Shown here one piece after another: positions 6,693 to 15,261 of a stretch of 64,000 nucleotides of DNA. Origin of the DNA: Clostridia bacterium (GTDB lineage Bacteria; Bacillota; Clostridia; Oscillospirales; CAG-272); assembly GCA_017625935.1 (NCBI GenBank), contig JAGALA010000054.1:7655-71654 (forward strand), in the 5' to 3' direction. Both the position numbers and the translations under genes were made by a program. The notes under the pieces are model-generated. The model was not told where the DNA came from, ran no database searches, and worked only from the letters and a program-made list of their open reading frames with translations. The number at the start of each line of letters is the position of its first letter. Position 1 is the first letter of the stretch.

Positions 6693-9620
6693 ATGAAAAA
6701 GAAGCTGATTTTTTCCATCGTTTTATGTATGCTTGCGATTTTTGCATTTTCATTTGCGGTAAGCGCTGAAGATGATGTTTGCGAGCATCAATATGACGGC
6801 TGGACAGTAGCTCTTGGTGAAAACGGATTTCTTGGCGAAATTACCGCAACTGCAAAATGTAGCGAATGCGGCGAAGCAACAACCGAGATAATACCGAAAA
6901 TCTTTATCACTAAGGGCTATTCAAATTCAAGCGACGGCATTATGCAGGATTACGGCGTAAACAGAGAAGCGCTCGCAAAATACGAGCAGCTTTCGGGTGA
7001 GGCGGTTAAATTCGGTGCGGTCGTTGCATTAAGAGAGTCAATAGGTGACAAAAACCCACTTGATAACAACGGTAAGCCGATAAGCTCAAAGGTGAAAAGC
7101 CTTGACTATACCGACAAAGAGTATAGCGTTATCAGCGTTTCAATTAAGGGTATTCCCGAAAACGTGAAGGAGTCAAGCGGGCTTATTTGCGCGCTTTACG
7201 TTAACGCAGGCGGCAGAACAACCTACCTTGACAACTGTGCGGAAAAGGTGAGCTGCGGCGCAAAAACCTTTACCGAGATTGAAGCAGTTCCCGAAAAGGA
7301 CACAGCCAAGCTCGATAAGGTGGAGGTTATTGACGGTCAAAGATATCACGAAATGACATATGAGGAAATGGGCTTGACTGCAAAAAAATATTGGAACAAT
7401 AAATCGAGCTACAACAGTGACGATACCTCCAAAAAATTCTTTGCAACAAAGAGCCTTACAAGCGAGGACTTGCCAAATGGCACAATAATTTATATTGAAA
7501 ACACCGAATGGCAATACCGTCCGCATAAATATCATTCTGGATCTTTCCAAAGACCTTCAACCACTAAAGATGAATACACAGTAATAGACGACAGCTGGTG
7601 GGCGGATTTAGACGGCTCAGGCACGTACACAAACGTTGGCTTTAACATCAGCTACTATAAGAACAGCTCAGCGACAAATGATATAAGCAAGCTTCCTTCT
7701 ATCTACGAAGCTTATACGGTAGAAGATATAGCCGAAATCTTTAAGATTTTCGTTCCTGTTACATATACAGAGGACAACACAGGCGGTAACGAGGGTGGAA
7801 ATGAAGGCGGCGGAGACGTTGGCGGTGATGACGTTATCGTTCCCGAGCTTCCAGACTACTCGGCAGAAAAGCAAAATTGGCAGGAAGACGGCGCGCTTAA
7901 AATTTTGGCAATCGGCAACAGCTTCTCTGATGACGCAATGGAACACGTATATCAGGTGGCAAAGGATGCAGGCGTAGAGAGCATCAAGCTTGGCAATATG
8001 TTCATTGGTGGATGCTCGCTTGCAACACATCTTAACAATGCACAAAATAACAAGGGCGCATATACTTATCGTACAAACACAAACGGCACATGGTCAAGTG
8101 TAAACAGTGTTTCAATTAAGACCGCCGTTGAAAGCGACGATTGGGACTTTATCACCTTCCAGCAGGTAAGCGGTAAGAGCGGTGTTGCAGACACCTATAA
8201 TGACCTTTACGAGCTTATTAAAATAGTTGAGCCGCTTAACCCGTCTGCGCGCCTTGCTTGGCATATGACGTGGGCGTACAAGGTTGGCTCAAGCCATTCC
8301 GATTTCCCAACCTACAACAGAGATCAAATGACAATGTATAACGCGATTGTCGATGCGGTTGAAGCAAAGATTTTGACCATCGACAATATCGAAATCGTAA
8401 TTCCTTCGGGAACTGCAATTCAAAACGTGAGAACGTCGTTTATCGGTGATACAACACGTGACGGCTATCACCTTTCATACGGTATCGGCAGATACATCGC
8501 GGCAATGACCTACGTAAAAGCACTCACAGGACTTTCAATCGATAATTCAATGATTTGTCCAAGCGACGTTGATGCAGGCGAGCTTCGAGCAATTATCGAA
8601 TGTGTAAACAACGCGTACAAAACACCGTTTGCAGTTACACAATCAGCGTATGAGGAAAGACCGGTAGAACCGACACCCGATCCCGACGAGCCAAGCGATA
8701 TCTTGGACGGCTTGGTAAGAGTTGAATATCTTGATTGGGTAGCAGGAGGATATTGGAATTCAAGTGACGCAAGTCAAGTAAACATCAGAATTACAACTGC
8801 ATCAAACTCACCAAACTTTTGGGCGACGAGACTGTTCACAAAGGAACAGCTTCCCGTTGGCTCCGTTATCGTGGTTGAAAGCGGTTGGCAATACCGCCCC
8901 GACGGTTGGGTGGATTTAAACACTAAAAACAATAACAGACCCAACAACGTTTCAACGTACTGTGTTGTAATTGACGAAGCGTGGTGGGGAAATTATACCG
9001 TGAGAGGCTTTAATATCTCCAACAGCTCTACTTCAAACATTGTCTCAAAGACCGAGGATGAAATAAACGCAATATTCAAAATCTACGTTCCCGAGTCAGC
9101 AGCAGATGCTAACAAGGCACCTGTAGTAGAGGAGCCCGAAGCACCTGAGACTCCCGAGCTGCCGAATGTCATGGTAAGCTCAAATGATTGCGTTTCAGAA
9201 ATCACTGTAATTGACGGCAAGGAATACCGTGCGCTTACACTTGAAGCAATGGGCTTTGAAAAGAACGCATACTATTATTCAAGCAACAAGGGTGCGGAGA
9301 TTTACGAGACAGGAACGTCAGGCACACCGTCACAGTTCTTCGCAACTAAAACGTTTACAAAGGACGACTTACCTATTGGCGCGGTTATTTGGGTTGAAAG
9401 CGGATGGCGCTATCGTCCTGAGGGCTGGACATATACCGGATCACGCCCAAATAACGTGACTACAACCTACGTAACAGCAAATGAAGCTTGGTGGGGTAGT
9501 CACACAATAAAAGGCTTTAACATTTCGAAAACGAATAGCGCTTCTTTGGTAGATGTAAGTGTAGAAACAATTTACGAAAACTTCAAAATCTACATTCCTG
9601 TAGAAAATATTGCAGAGTAA
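6693..9620 (+). CDS. 975-aa secreted multidomain protein: Cys-headed domain, repeat R1, SGNH-like hydrolase (DUF4886-like), repeats R2 and R3
   Basis: The ATG at 6693 follows AAGGAG at 6681-6686. Signal peptide MKKKLIFSIVLCMLAIFAFSFAVSA. The SGNH blocks GNSFS and DGYH lie within KILAIGNSFSDD...TRDGYHLS. The ORF-track start at 6639 lacks an RBS. Confidence 0.85.
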   Translation: MKKKLIFSIVLCMLAIFAFSFAVSAEDDVCEHQYDGWTVALGENGFLGEITATAKCSECGEATTEIIPKIFITKGYSNSSDGIMQDYGVNREALAKYEQLSGEAVKFGAVVALRESIGDKNPLDNNGKPISSKVKSLDYTDKEYSVISVSIKGIPENVKESSGLICALYVNAGGRTTYLDNCAEKVSCGAKTFTEIEAVPEKDTAKLDKVEVIDGQRYHEMTYEEMGLTAKKYWNNKSSYNSDDTSKKFFATKSLTSEDLPNGTIIYIENTEWQYRPHKYHSGSFQRPSTTKDEYTVIDDSWWADLDGSGTYTNVGFNISYYKNSSATNDISKLPSIYEAYTVEDIAEIFKIFVPVTYTEDNTGGNEGGNEGGGDVGGDDVIVPELPDYSAEKQNWQEDGALKILAIGNSFSDDAMEHVYQVAKDAGVESIKLGNMFIGGCSLATHLNNAQNNKGAYTYRTNTNGTWSSVNSVSIKTAVESDDWDFITFQQVSGKSGVADTYNDLYELIKIVEPLNPSARLAWHMTWAYKVGSSHSDFPTYNRDQMTMYNAIVDAVEAKILTIDNIEIVIPSGTAIQNVRTSFIGDTTRDGYHLSYGIGRYIAAMTYVKALTGLSIDNSMICPSDVDAGELRAIIECVNNAYKTPFAVTQSAYEERPVEPTPDPDEPSDILDGLVRVEYLDWVAGGYWNSSDASQVNIRITTASNSPNFWATRLFTKEQLPVGSVIVVESGWQYRPDGWVDLNTKNNNRPNNVSTYCVVIDEAWWGNYTVRGFNISNSSTSNIVSKTEDEINAIFKIYVPESAADANKAPVVEEPEAPETPELPNVMVSSNDCVSEITVIDGKEYRALTLEAMGFEKNAYYYSSNKGAEIYETGTSGTPSQFFATKTFTKDDLPIGAVIWVESGWRYRPEGWTYTGSRPNNVTTTYVTANEAWWGSHTIKGFNISKTNSASLVDVSVETIYENFKIYIPVENIAE
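7344..7760 (+). repeat. intragenic protein repeat R1 (about 130 aa)
   Basis: FFATKSLTSEDLPNGTIIYIENTEWQYRPH...WW...GFNIS...IFKIFVPV aligns with R2 and R3. Confidence 0.8.
8715..9092 (+). repeat. intragenic protein repeat R2
   Basis: FWATRLFTKEQLPVGSVIVVESGWQYRPDGW...WWGNYTVRGFNIS...IFKIYVP. Confidence 0.8.
9225..9602 (+). repeat. intragenic protein repeat R3
   Basis: FFATKTFTKDDLPIGAVIWVESGWRYRPEGW...WWGSHTIKGFNIS...NFKIYIPV. Confidence 0.8.
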
Positions 9621-9633
9621 GGAGGATGGTAAA

Positions 9634-9786
9634 ATGAAATATATTAAACCTACATTCGAGCTTGTTGAGCTTGAAATAGCAGACGTTATAGCCGCCTCCG
9701 GCGAGCAGGGCTCAATCACGGTTGACGACACAACCATAACGGGTCCAAAGGACAGCTTTTCGCAATATTTTGACGATTTATTATAA
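9634..9786 (+). CDS. 50-aa acidic small protein (MKYIKPTFELVELEIADVIAASGEQGSITVDDTTITGPKDSFSQYFDDLL), paralogue of 22210-22362
   Basis: Not in the ORF track because it is under 60 aa. GGAGGA RBS at 9621-9626, 7 nt before the ATG. It starts 13 nt after the stop of the 975-aa protein and is followed by the terminator at 9799-9826. It shares MKY[IV].P..E...LE..D[VI]I and a C-terminal S..FD.L with the second copy. Confidence 0.6.
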   Translation: MKYIKPTFELVELEIADVIAASGEQGSITVDDTTITGPKDSFSQYFDDLL

Positions 9787-9798
9787 ACCAAATAAAAA

Positions 9799-9826
9799 GA
9801 TGCAAGCCGCGGCTTGCATCTTTTTT
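9799..9826. terminator. bidirectional intrinsic terminator
   Basis: GATGCAAGCC-GC-GGCTTGCATC followed by TTTTTT, with an A-run upstream. It lies between convergent genes. Confidence 0.8.
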
Positions 9827-9838
9827 ATTTCACATTTT

Positions 9839-10966
9839 TTATTTTTTGCGTCTTTCTACAAAATCGGAAAAGATTTCGGGAATTCTAATATTTTGCGGGC
9901 ACACCGCTTGGCAAGCGCCGCAGCCTATGCAAGCGCTCGGTCTTTTGTCCTCGGGAAGCGAGCCGAGCGACATTGAAACGATAAAGCCGCCGCCCGAGAA
10001 AACCTGCTCGTTGTAAAGCGCAATGAGCTTCGGTATATCAAGCCCCTGAGGGCAGTATTCCGTGCAATATCTGCAAGAGGTGCAGGGCACGCACTCGGTC
10101 ATTTTTTTGCCAAGAGATAGAATTTTTTGCATTTCGTCCGCGTTAAAGGGCTTTGACTCCTTATATGTTTCGATATTTTCCTTCACCTGCTCAAAATTCG
10201 ACATACCCGAAAGCGTGACCGTTACCTCGGGGATTGACTGCACAAAGCGGAACGCAAGGGCGGGCGCACTCTCGTCATTTCTTATTTTATGTAGGTCGTT
10301 TAATTCACTCTCGCTCAAATTAGCCAAGCGGCCGCCGCGCACAGGCTCCATAACCCAAACAGGAATATTAAGCTCTCTTAAATATTCGATTTTCGCCTTG
10401 GCATCTTGGAATTCGTAGTCAAGGTAGTTTAATTGAATTTGGCAAAATTCCATAACCTCGCCGTACATATCAAGAAAACGCTTGAAATTTTCAAACGTTG
10501 CGTGCGTGGAGAAGCCAAGGTGCTTTATTCTGCCGTTTTTCTTTTCCTCAAGCAAATACTCAACGGTTTTGTACTTCGGGTCAAGATAGTATTCAATGTT
10601 TGCCTCGCATACATTATGAACAAGGTAAAAATCAAAATACTCAACCTGACATTTTTCAAGCTGGCGCGCAAAAATCTCGGGTGCCTTGCCCATATTGCTT
10701 ACATCATAGCCGGGGAACTTCGTTGCCAAATAAAATTCGTCGCGCCCATGTCGCTTGAGTGCTTCTCCAACTGAGATTTCACTCATTCCCGAGTGGTATC
10801 CCCAGGCGGTGTCAAAATAGTTCACGCCGTGTGCAATTGCATAGTCAAACATTTCGTTTACTTTTGCTTGGTCAATTTTTGCGTTATCCCCATCGACAGT
10901 TGGCAAGCGCATTGTGCCAAAGCCGAGCGCGGATATGCTTTTTCCCTTAAAATTATTATAAATCAT
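9839..10966 (-). CDS. aldo/keto reductase with C-terminal 2x[4Fe-4S] ferredoxin-type domain
   Basis: AKR N-terminus (LGFGTMRLP...YFDTAWGYH). C-terminal CTSCRYCTEYCP and CIGCGACQAVCP motifs. Confidence 0.85.
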   Translation of the reverse strand: MIYNNFKGKSISALGFGTMRLPTVDGDNAKIDQAKVNEMFDYAIAHGVNYFDTAWGYHSGMSEISVGEALKRHGRDEFYLATKFPGYDVSNMGKAPEIFARQLEKCQVEYFDFYLVHNVCEANIEYYLDPKYKTVEYLLEEKKNGRIKHLGFSTHATFENFKRFLDMYGEVMEFCQIQLNYLDYEFQDAKAKIEYLRELNIPVWVMEPVRGGRLANLSESELNDLHKIRNDESAPALAFRFVQSIPEVTVTLSGMSNFEQVKENIETYKESKPFNADEMQKILSLGKKMTECVPCTSCRYCTEYCPQGLDIPKLIALYNEQVFSGGGFIVSMSLGSLPEDKRPSACIGCGACQAVCPQNIRIPEIFSDFVERRKK

Positions 10967-11093
10967 ACTACACCTCGCAGCTTTTATATTATTATTTTAA
11001 CATCTTTTTCGTCTGTTTGCAACCGCGAAATATCATAAATGCACCGTGCGAAAAAAATTTTTGACAAATTAATATAAAAATCAAGCAAAGTAT

Positions 11094-11122
11094 TTGAATT
11101 TGCAATTTATATATGTTATACT
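11094..11122 (+). promoter_or_regulatory. sigmaA promoter, TTGAAT-17-TGtTATACT
   Basis: -35 at 11094-11099 and -10 at 11117-11122, with an extended TG. Confidence 0.6.
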
Positions 11123-11170
11123 ATATGATAACATACTATTATTATATTTTATTTTTCTACAAGGAGAAAT

Positions 11171-11530
11171 ATGGGAAAATACAGAAGAAACAGAATCAAC
11201 GATGCAGTCAAAGAGGAAATGGCTATGATTTTAAGGGACGTTAAGGACCCAAGAATTGCAGGCGCGCTTGTTTCCATAACGGGTGCAAGCGTTTCGGGAG
11301 ACTTAAAGTTTGCAAAGATATATTATTCCGTTTTGGGCTCTGACCGTGCCGAGGTCGCAAAAGCACTTAAAAGTGCGGCGGGCTTTTTCCGCTCCGAGCT
11401 TGCAAGGAGAATTAATTTGCGCGTAACGCCCGAATTGTATTTTGAATACGATTCCTCGTCTGAATACGGTGCGAACATTTCGTCAATCTTGAAAACCCTT
11501 GATATAAATGACGACGAGGACGAGGAATAA
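11171..11530 (+). CDS. rbfA: ribosome-binding factor A
   Basis: RINDAVKEEMAMILRDVKDPRI... is typical of RbfA. It has an acidic tail and sits upstream of truB. Confidence 0.9.
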   Translation: MGKYRRNRINDAVKEEMAMILRDVKDPRIAGALVSITGASVSGDLKFAKIYYSVLGSDRAEVAKALKSAAGFFRSELARRINLRVTPELYFEYDSSSEYGANISSILKTLDINDDEDEE

Positions 11531-11566
11531 GATGCTCGGCAAAGCAAATTAAAGCGAGGTCAAAAA

Positions 11567-12475
11567 ATGGAAAATGAAATTTCGGGGGTGCTCCTTGTAA
11601 ATAAGCATAAGGGAGTTACCTCACACGATATAGTTTTCAAAATCAGGCGTCTTTTCGGCACAAAAAAGGTTGGCCACACAGGCACGCTTGACCCACTTGC
11701 AACAGGTGTTTTGCCTGTTTTGATTGGCAGGAGCGCCAAGGCGGCGGAGTACCTTCTTTCCGAAAACAAAAAATATACAGCTGAAATAAAGCTCGGTATC
11801 ACAACTGACACCGAGGACACCACAGGCAATATTTTAACCGAGTGCGACACCTTGCCGACAAAGGATGAATTTTTCGCAGCCTGCAAGCGCTTTGTGGGTG
11901 AAATTTCGCAAATTCCGCCAATGTATAGCGCATTGAAGGTAAACGGCAAAAAGCTTGTTGACCTTGCAAGGCAGGGGATTGAAATTGAACGCCAAGCGCG
12001 CAAAATTACAATTTTTTCAATTGTCCCAAGCGCAATTTCGGAGGAAAACGGCATTTATAGAATAGAGGTTGCTTGCTCAAAGGGCACGTATATAAGGACG
12101 CTCTGTGCTGACATCGGTGCTTATCTTGGCTGCGGTGCTGCTATGAGTGCGCTTGAAAGGACACAAAGCGGTGACTTTTTAATTGAGAACGCGCACACAA
12201 TAGACGAGCTTGAAAATATGACAGAAAAAGAGCGCGAAGCGTTGCTTTTGCCACCTGAAAGCTTGTTCGAGGGCGCACCCTGTGTCCGTTTTAACGAGTT
12301 TTTCACACGCATTTTCAAAAGCGGATGCGAAATATATCAAAAGAAAATAAATACGAATTTCCCCGTTGGCACGTACGTGCGCGTTTACGAGGGCGATGAG
12401 TTTTTAGCGCTTGCCGAGGTTAAGGAATACGAGGGCGGAAGCGCAATAAAATCTAAAAAATTCTTTAAGATTTAA
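11567..12475 (+). CDS. truB: tRNA pseudouridine(55) synthase
   Basis: GVTSHDIVFKIRRLFGTKKVGHTGTLDPLATGVLPVLIG catalytic block. Confidence 0.95.
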   Translation: MENEISGVLLVNKHKGVTSHDIVFKIRRLFGTKKVGHTGTLDPLATGVLPVLIGRSAKAAEYLLSENKKYTAEIKLGITTDTEDTTGNILTECDTLPTKDEFFAACKRFVGEISQIPPMYSALKVNGKKLVDLARQGIEIERQARKITIFSIVPSAISEENGIYRIEVACSKGTYIRTLCADIGAYLGCGAAMSALERTQSGDFLIENAHTIDELENMTEKEREALLLPPESLFEGAPCVRFNEFFTRIFKSGCEIYQKKINTNFPVGTYVRVYEGDEFLALAEVKEYEGGSAIKSKKFFKI

Positions 12476-12485
12476 GGAGAGAATT

Positions 12486-13841
12486 ATGAAGCTTGTAAAA
12501 AATCCCGAAATGTTCCACGCGTGGGAGCATTATGCGGCGGAGATAAAAACAGAATATCAGCAAAGCTACGAGGAGGGACTTGATATAGAGCCCTATAAGC
12601 CGATTTTCGATGCGGCTGCCGCTTTACCGGATGGCGAATTCAAGGAGGAGATTGCGGATGCGATTTCCAAGCTTGTTTTGGAGCTTCCGATAAGAGAGGG
12701 CTACGAATATAACGAGCCAAGCGACCTTGATGGCATAAAAGCGCTTCGCAACCTTGAGTTATTAAAGGAGTCAAGCGCTGAAATTCCGCTTGAAAAGAAA
12801 ATTGCGGGCGCTTGGTACGGCAGAATTTCGGGCTGTCTGCTCGGCAAGCCTATTGAGTGCGCTTGGTCAAGGACGATAAAGGAGCTTCTTATCGGCTCGA
12901 ACAACTACCCAATGCACAGATATATGAAGCACAGCGAGCTTCCCGAGATTAAGGAGGCAAGCCAAAAATGGCTCACAAAGCACAACAGAAATTACATAGA
13001 CGAGGTTAAGTGCGCGCCAAGTGACGACGACACCAACTACACCGTTATGGCTCAGCATATGGTCGAGCGCTACGGTCTTGATTTCACACCGTTTAACGTG
13101 CTTGAAACCTGGATGGATTTCCAACCGAAGAATGCGTATTGCACCGCTGAGCGCGTGGCATATATGAATTTTCTAAAGAGCTTTGTTCCACCCTACACGG
13201 CATATCACAAAAACCCGTACAGAGAGTGGATTGGCGCACAAATCCGCGGTGACTACTACGGCTACGTTGCAAAAACACCGGCTCTTGCCGCTGAGCTTGC
13301 TTGGCGTGATGCTTCAATCTCACATATTAAAAACGGCATCTATGGCGAAATGTTCGTTTCCGCTATGCTCGCGTACGCAAAGACAAGCGAAAACGCGCTT
13401 GACGTAATTTACGCAGGTCTTTCACAAATTCCAAATACCTCTCGTTTATATAAGCAGGTATGTGAAATTATTGATTTATATAAGAGCGGCAAGCCGCAGA
13501 GCGATGCGTTTGCGCTTATTCATTCACGCTACAACAATGAAAACAGCCACGATTGGTGTCATACGATTTCAAATGCACTGATAGTTACTGCCGCGCTTCT
13601 TTACGGAGAGGGCAAGTTCGGCAAATCAATCTGTATGGCGGTTGAAACGGGCTTCGACACCGACTGTAACGGTGCAACCGTTGGCTCAATTGTCGGCATG
13701 ATGTTCGGCATTGACAACATTGAAAGAGAATGGATAGAGCCGTTAAACGGCGTTTTGGAAACTCAAATTCTCGGTCACGATAAATCAAACATAGATGACC
13801 TTGTTTCAAAAACGCTTGAGCATATCAAAAAATTTAACTAA
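12486..13841 (+). CDS. ADP-ribosylglycohydrolase-family protein (451 aa)
   Basis: DDDTNYT and GFDTDCNGATVGSIVG metal-site blocks of the ARH/DraG fold. It starts 10 nt after truB. Confidence 0.8.
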   Translation: MKLVKNPEMFHAWEHYAAEIKTEYQQSYEEGLDIEPYKPIFDAAAALPDGEFKEEIADAISKLVLELPIREGYEYNEPSDLDGIKALRNLELLKESSAEIPLEKKIAGAWYGRISGCLLGKPIECAWSRTIKELLIGSNNYPMHRYMKHSELPEIKEASQKWLTKHNRNYIDEVKCAPSDDDTNYTVMAQHMVERYGLDFTPFNVLETWMDFQPKNAYCTAERVAYMNFLKSFVPPYTAYHKNPYREWIGAQIRGDYYGYVAKTPALAAELAWRDASISHIKNGIYGEMFVSAMLAYAKTSENALDVIYAGLSQIPNTSRLYKQVCEIIDLYKSGKPQSDAFALIHSRYNNENSHDWCHTISNALIVTAALLYGEGKFGKSICMAVETGFDTDCNGATVGSIVGMMFGIDNIEREWIEPLNGVLETQILGHDKSNIDDLVSKTLEHIKKFN

Positions 13842-13910
13842 TTCCCGAAAAAAGCAGCAAAAGTCATTCGGGAGCATAGCATATTACTGACAAAGCAAAG
13901 GAGAATAGAT

Positions 13911-14765
13911 ATGACAGTAAATGAAAGAGCGACACAGGAAATGGTAAAATCATACGAGAATTCGGAGGTTACCACCTTTTCTTCATCGTTAAAGCTACCC
14001 GACAAGGCGGAAATTATTTCAATACTCAACGATATACAGGCGCTGTTTTTCCCTGCGTATTTTGCAAGCCCAACGCAATCAAGCGAGGATTTTGCAGGCG
14101 AGAAAATCAGCTCCGTCAGCTTCAGAATAAAAAAGCAAATCAAGCTTGCGCTTCTTGCAAAGGGAGTGGAAAACGCATCAAGCGAGGCGCAAAGAATCAC
14201 GGATGAGTTTGTCCTTGGTCTTCCACGCGTGCACGAGCTTCTTATAAAGGACGTAATAGCAACCTACGAGGGTGACCCTGCGGCTGAAAGCACCGAGGCA
14301 ATTGTATTTTCCTACCCCGGATTATACGCGATTTTCGTATACAGGGTGGCACATTTGCTTTATGAAAGCCACGTTCCGTTCGTTCCGAGAATAATGACAG
14401 AGCACGCGCACTCCAAAACGGGTATTGATATAAACCCGGGCGCAAAAATCGGTGAATATTTCTTTATCGACCACGGCACAGGCATAGTTATCGGTGAAAC
14501 AACGGAGATTGGCAACCGCGTTAAAATTTACCAAGGCGTTACTCTTGGCGCGCTTTCTCCAAGAAAGGGACAGATTCTTTCGGGCGTTAAAAGACATCCG
14601 ACGGTGTGCGATAACGTTACAATTTATTCGGGCGCGTCAATTTTAGGCGGCGAAACGGTAATAGGCGAGGGTGCGGTCATCGGCGGCAACTCCTTTATCA
14701 CCTCGTCAATTGCCAAGGGCGCAAGAGTCAGCGTTATTCAGCCCGAGCACATAATCAAAAGCTAA
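13911..14765 (+). CDS. cysE: serine O-acetyltransferase
   Basis: EGDPAA...YPGLYAIFVYRVAH...IDINPGAKIG..FFIDHGTGIVIGETTEIG hexapeptide-repeat core. Confidence 0.9.
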   Translation: MTVNERATQEMVKSYENSEVTTFSSSLKLPDKAEIISILNDIQALFFPAYFASPTQSSEDFAGEKISSVSFRIKKQIKLALLAKGVENASSEAQRITDEFVLGLPRVHELLIKDVIATYEGDPAAESTEAIVFSYPGLYAIFVYRVAHLLYESHVPFVPRIMTEHAHSKTGIDINPGAKIGEYFFIDHGTGIVIGETTEIGNRVKIYQGVTLGALSPRKGQILSGVKRHPTVCDNVTIYSGASILGGETVIGEGAVIGGNSFITSSIAKGARVSVIQPEHIIKS

Positions 14766-14778
14766 TTAAGAGGACAAA

Positions 14779-15261
14779 ATGAAGGCGAAAATAAAGATTA
14801 CGACATCACAAACCGAATATAGAGGAAAATCAATATTTGAGCGCGCGTGTGAGGAGCTTTTAATCAAGGAAACGTTTGACACCTTTCAGGGTGACGACAC
14901 CGTTGAAACAACGCTTTATGGCGAAATATCGACACGTGGCTCGACATTTTTTATAAAATACGAGGAAGAAAGCGAGGGAATGGGCGGCGTTTTCACCGAG
15001 GTTTCCTTCGACCTTGCAAAGCCAAAGGAAATTTCAATTTCACGCTCGGGCGCACTTGAAAGCTGTATGTATTTTGAAGAGGGCAAGCGCCATATTTGCG
15101 TTTACGACACGGGAATTATGCCGTTTGAAATTTGCATTTTTTCTCGCACGGTTGACAATCAGCTTGCCACAAGCGGCATACTTAACCTCGTATATTTAAT
15201 TGAAATTAAGGGCGCGTGCGCTCAAAAAACAGTATTTAAGATGGAAGTGGAAAAAATATGA
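14779..15261 (+). CDS. DUF1934 (YwiB-like) beta-barrel protein
   Basis: The size and alternating beta pattern (FFIKYEEE...ISISRSG...MYFEEGKRH) match my recollection of DUF1934. Its stop overlaps the holA start (ATGA). Confidence 0.55.
   Translation: MKAKIKITTSQTEYRGKSIFERACEELLIKETFDTFQGDDTVETTLYGEISTRGSTFFIKYEEESEGMGGVFTEVSFDLAKPKEISISRSGALESCMYFEEGKRHICVYDTGIMPFEICIFSRTVDNQLATSGILNLVYLIEIKGACAQKTVFKMEVEKI

Noticed and set aside
11560-12054. 164-aa minus-strand ORF
   Set aside because: Antisense to truB.
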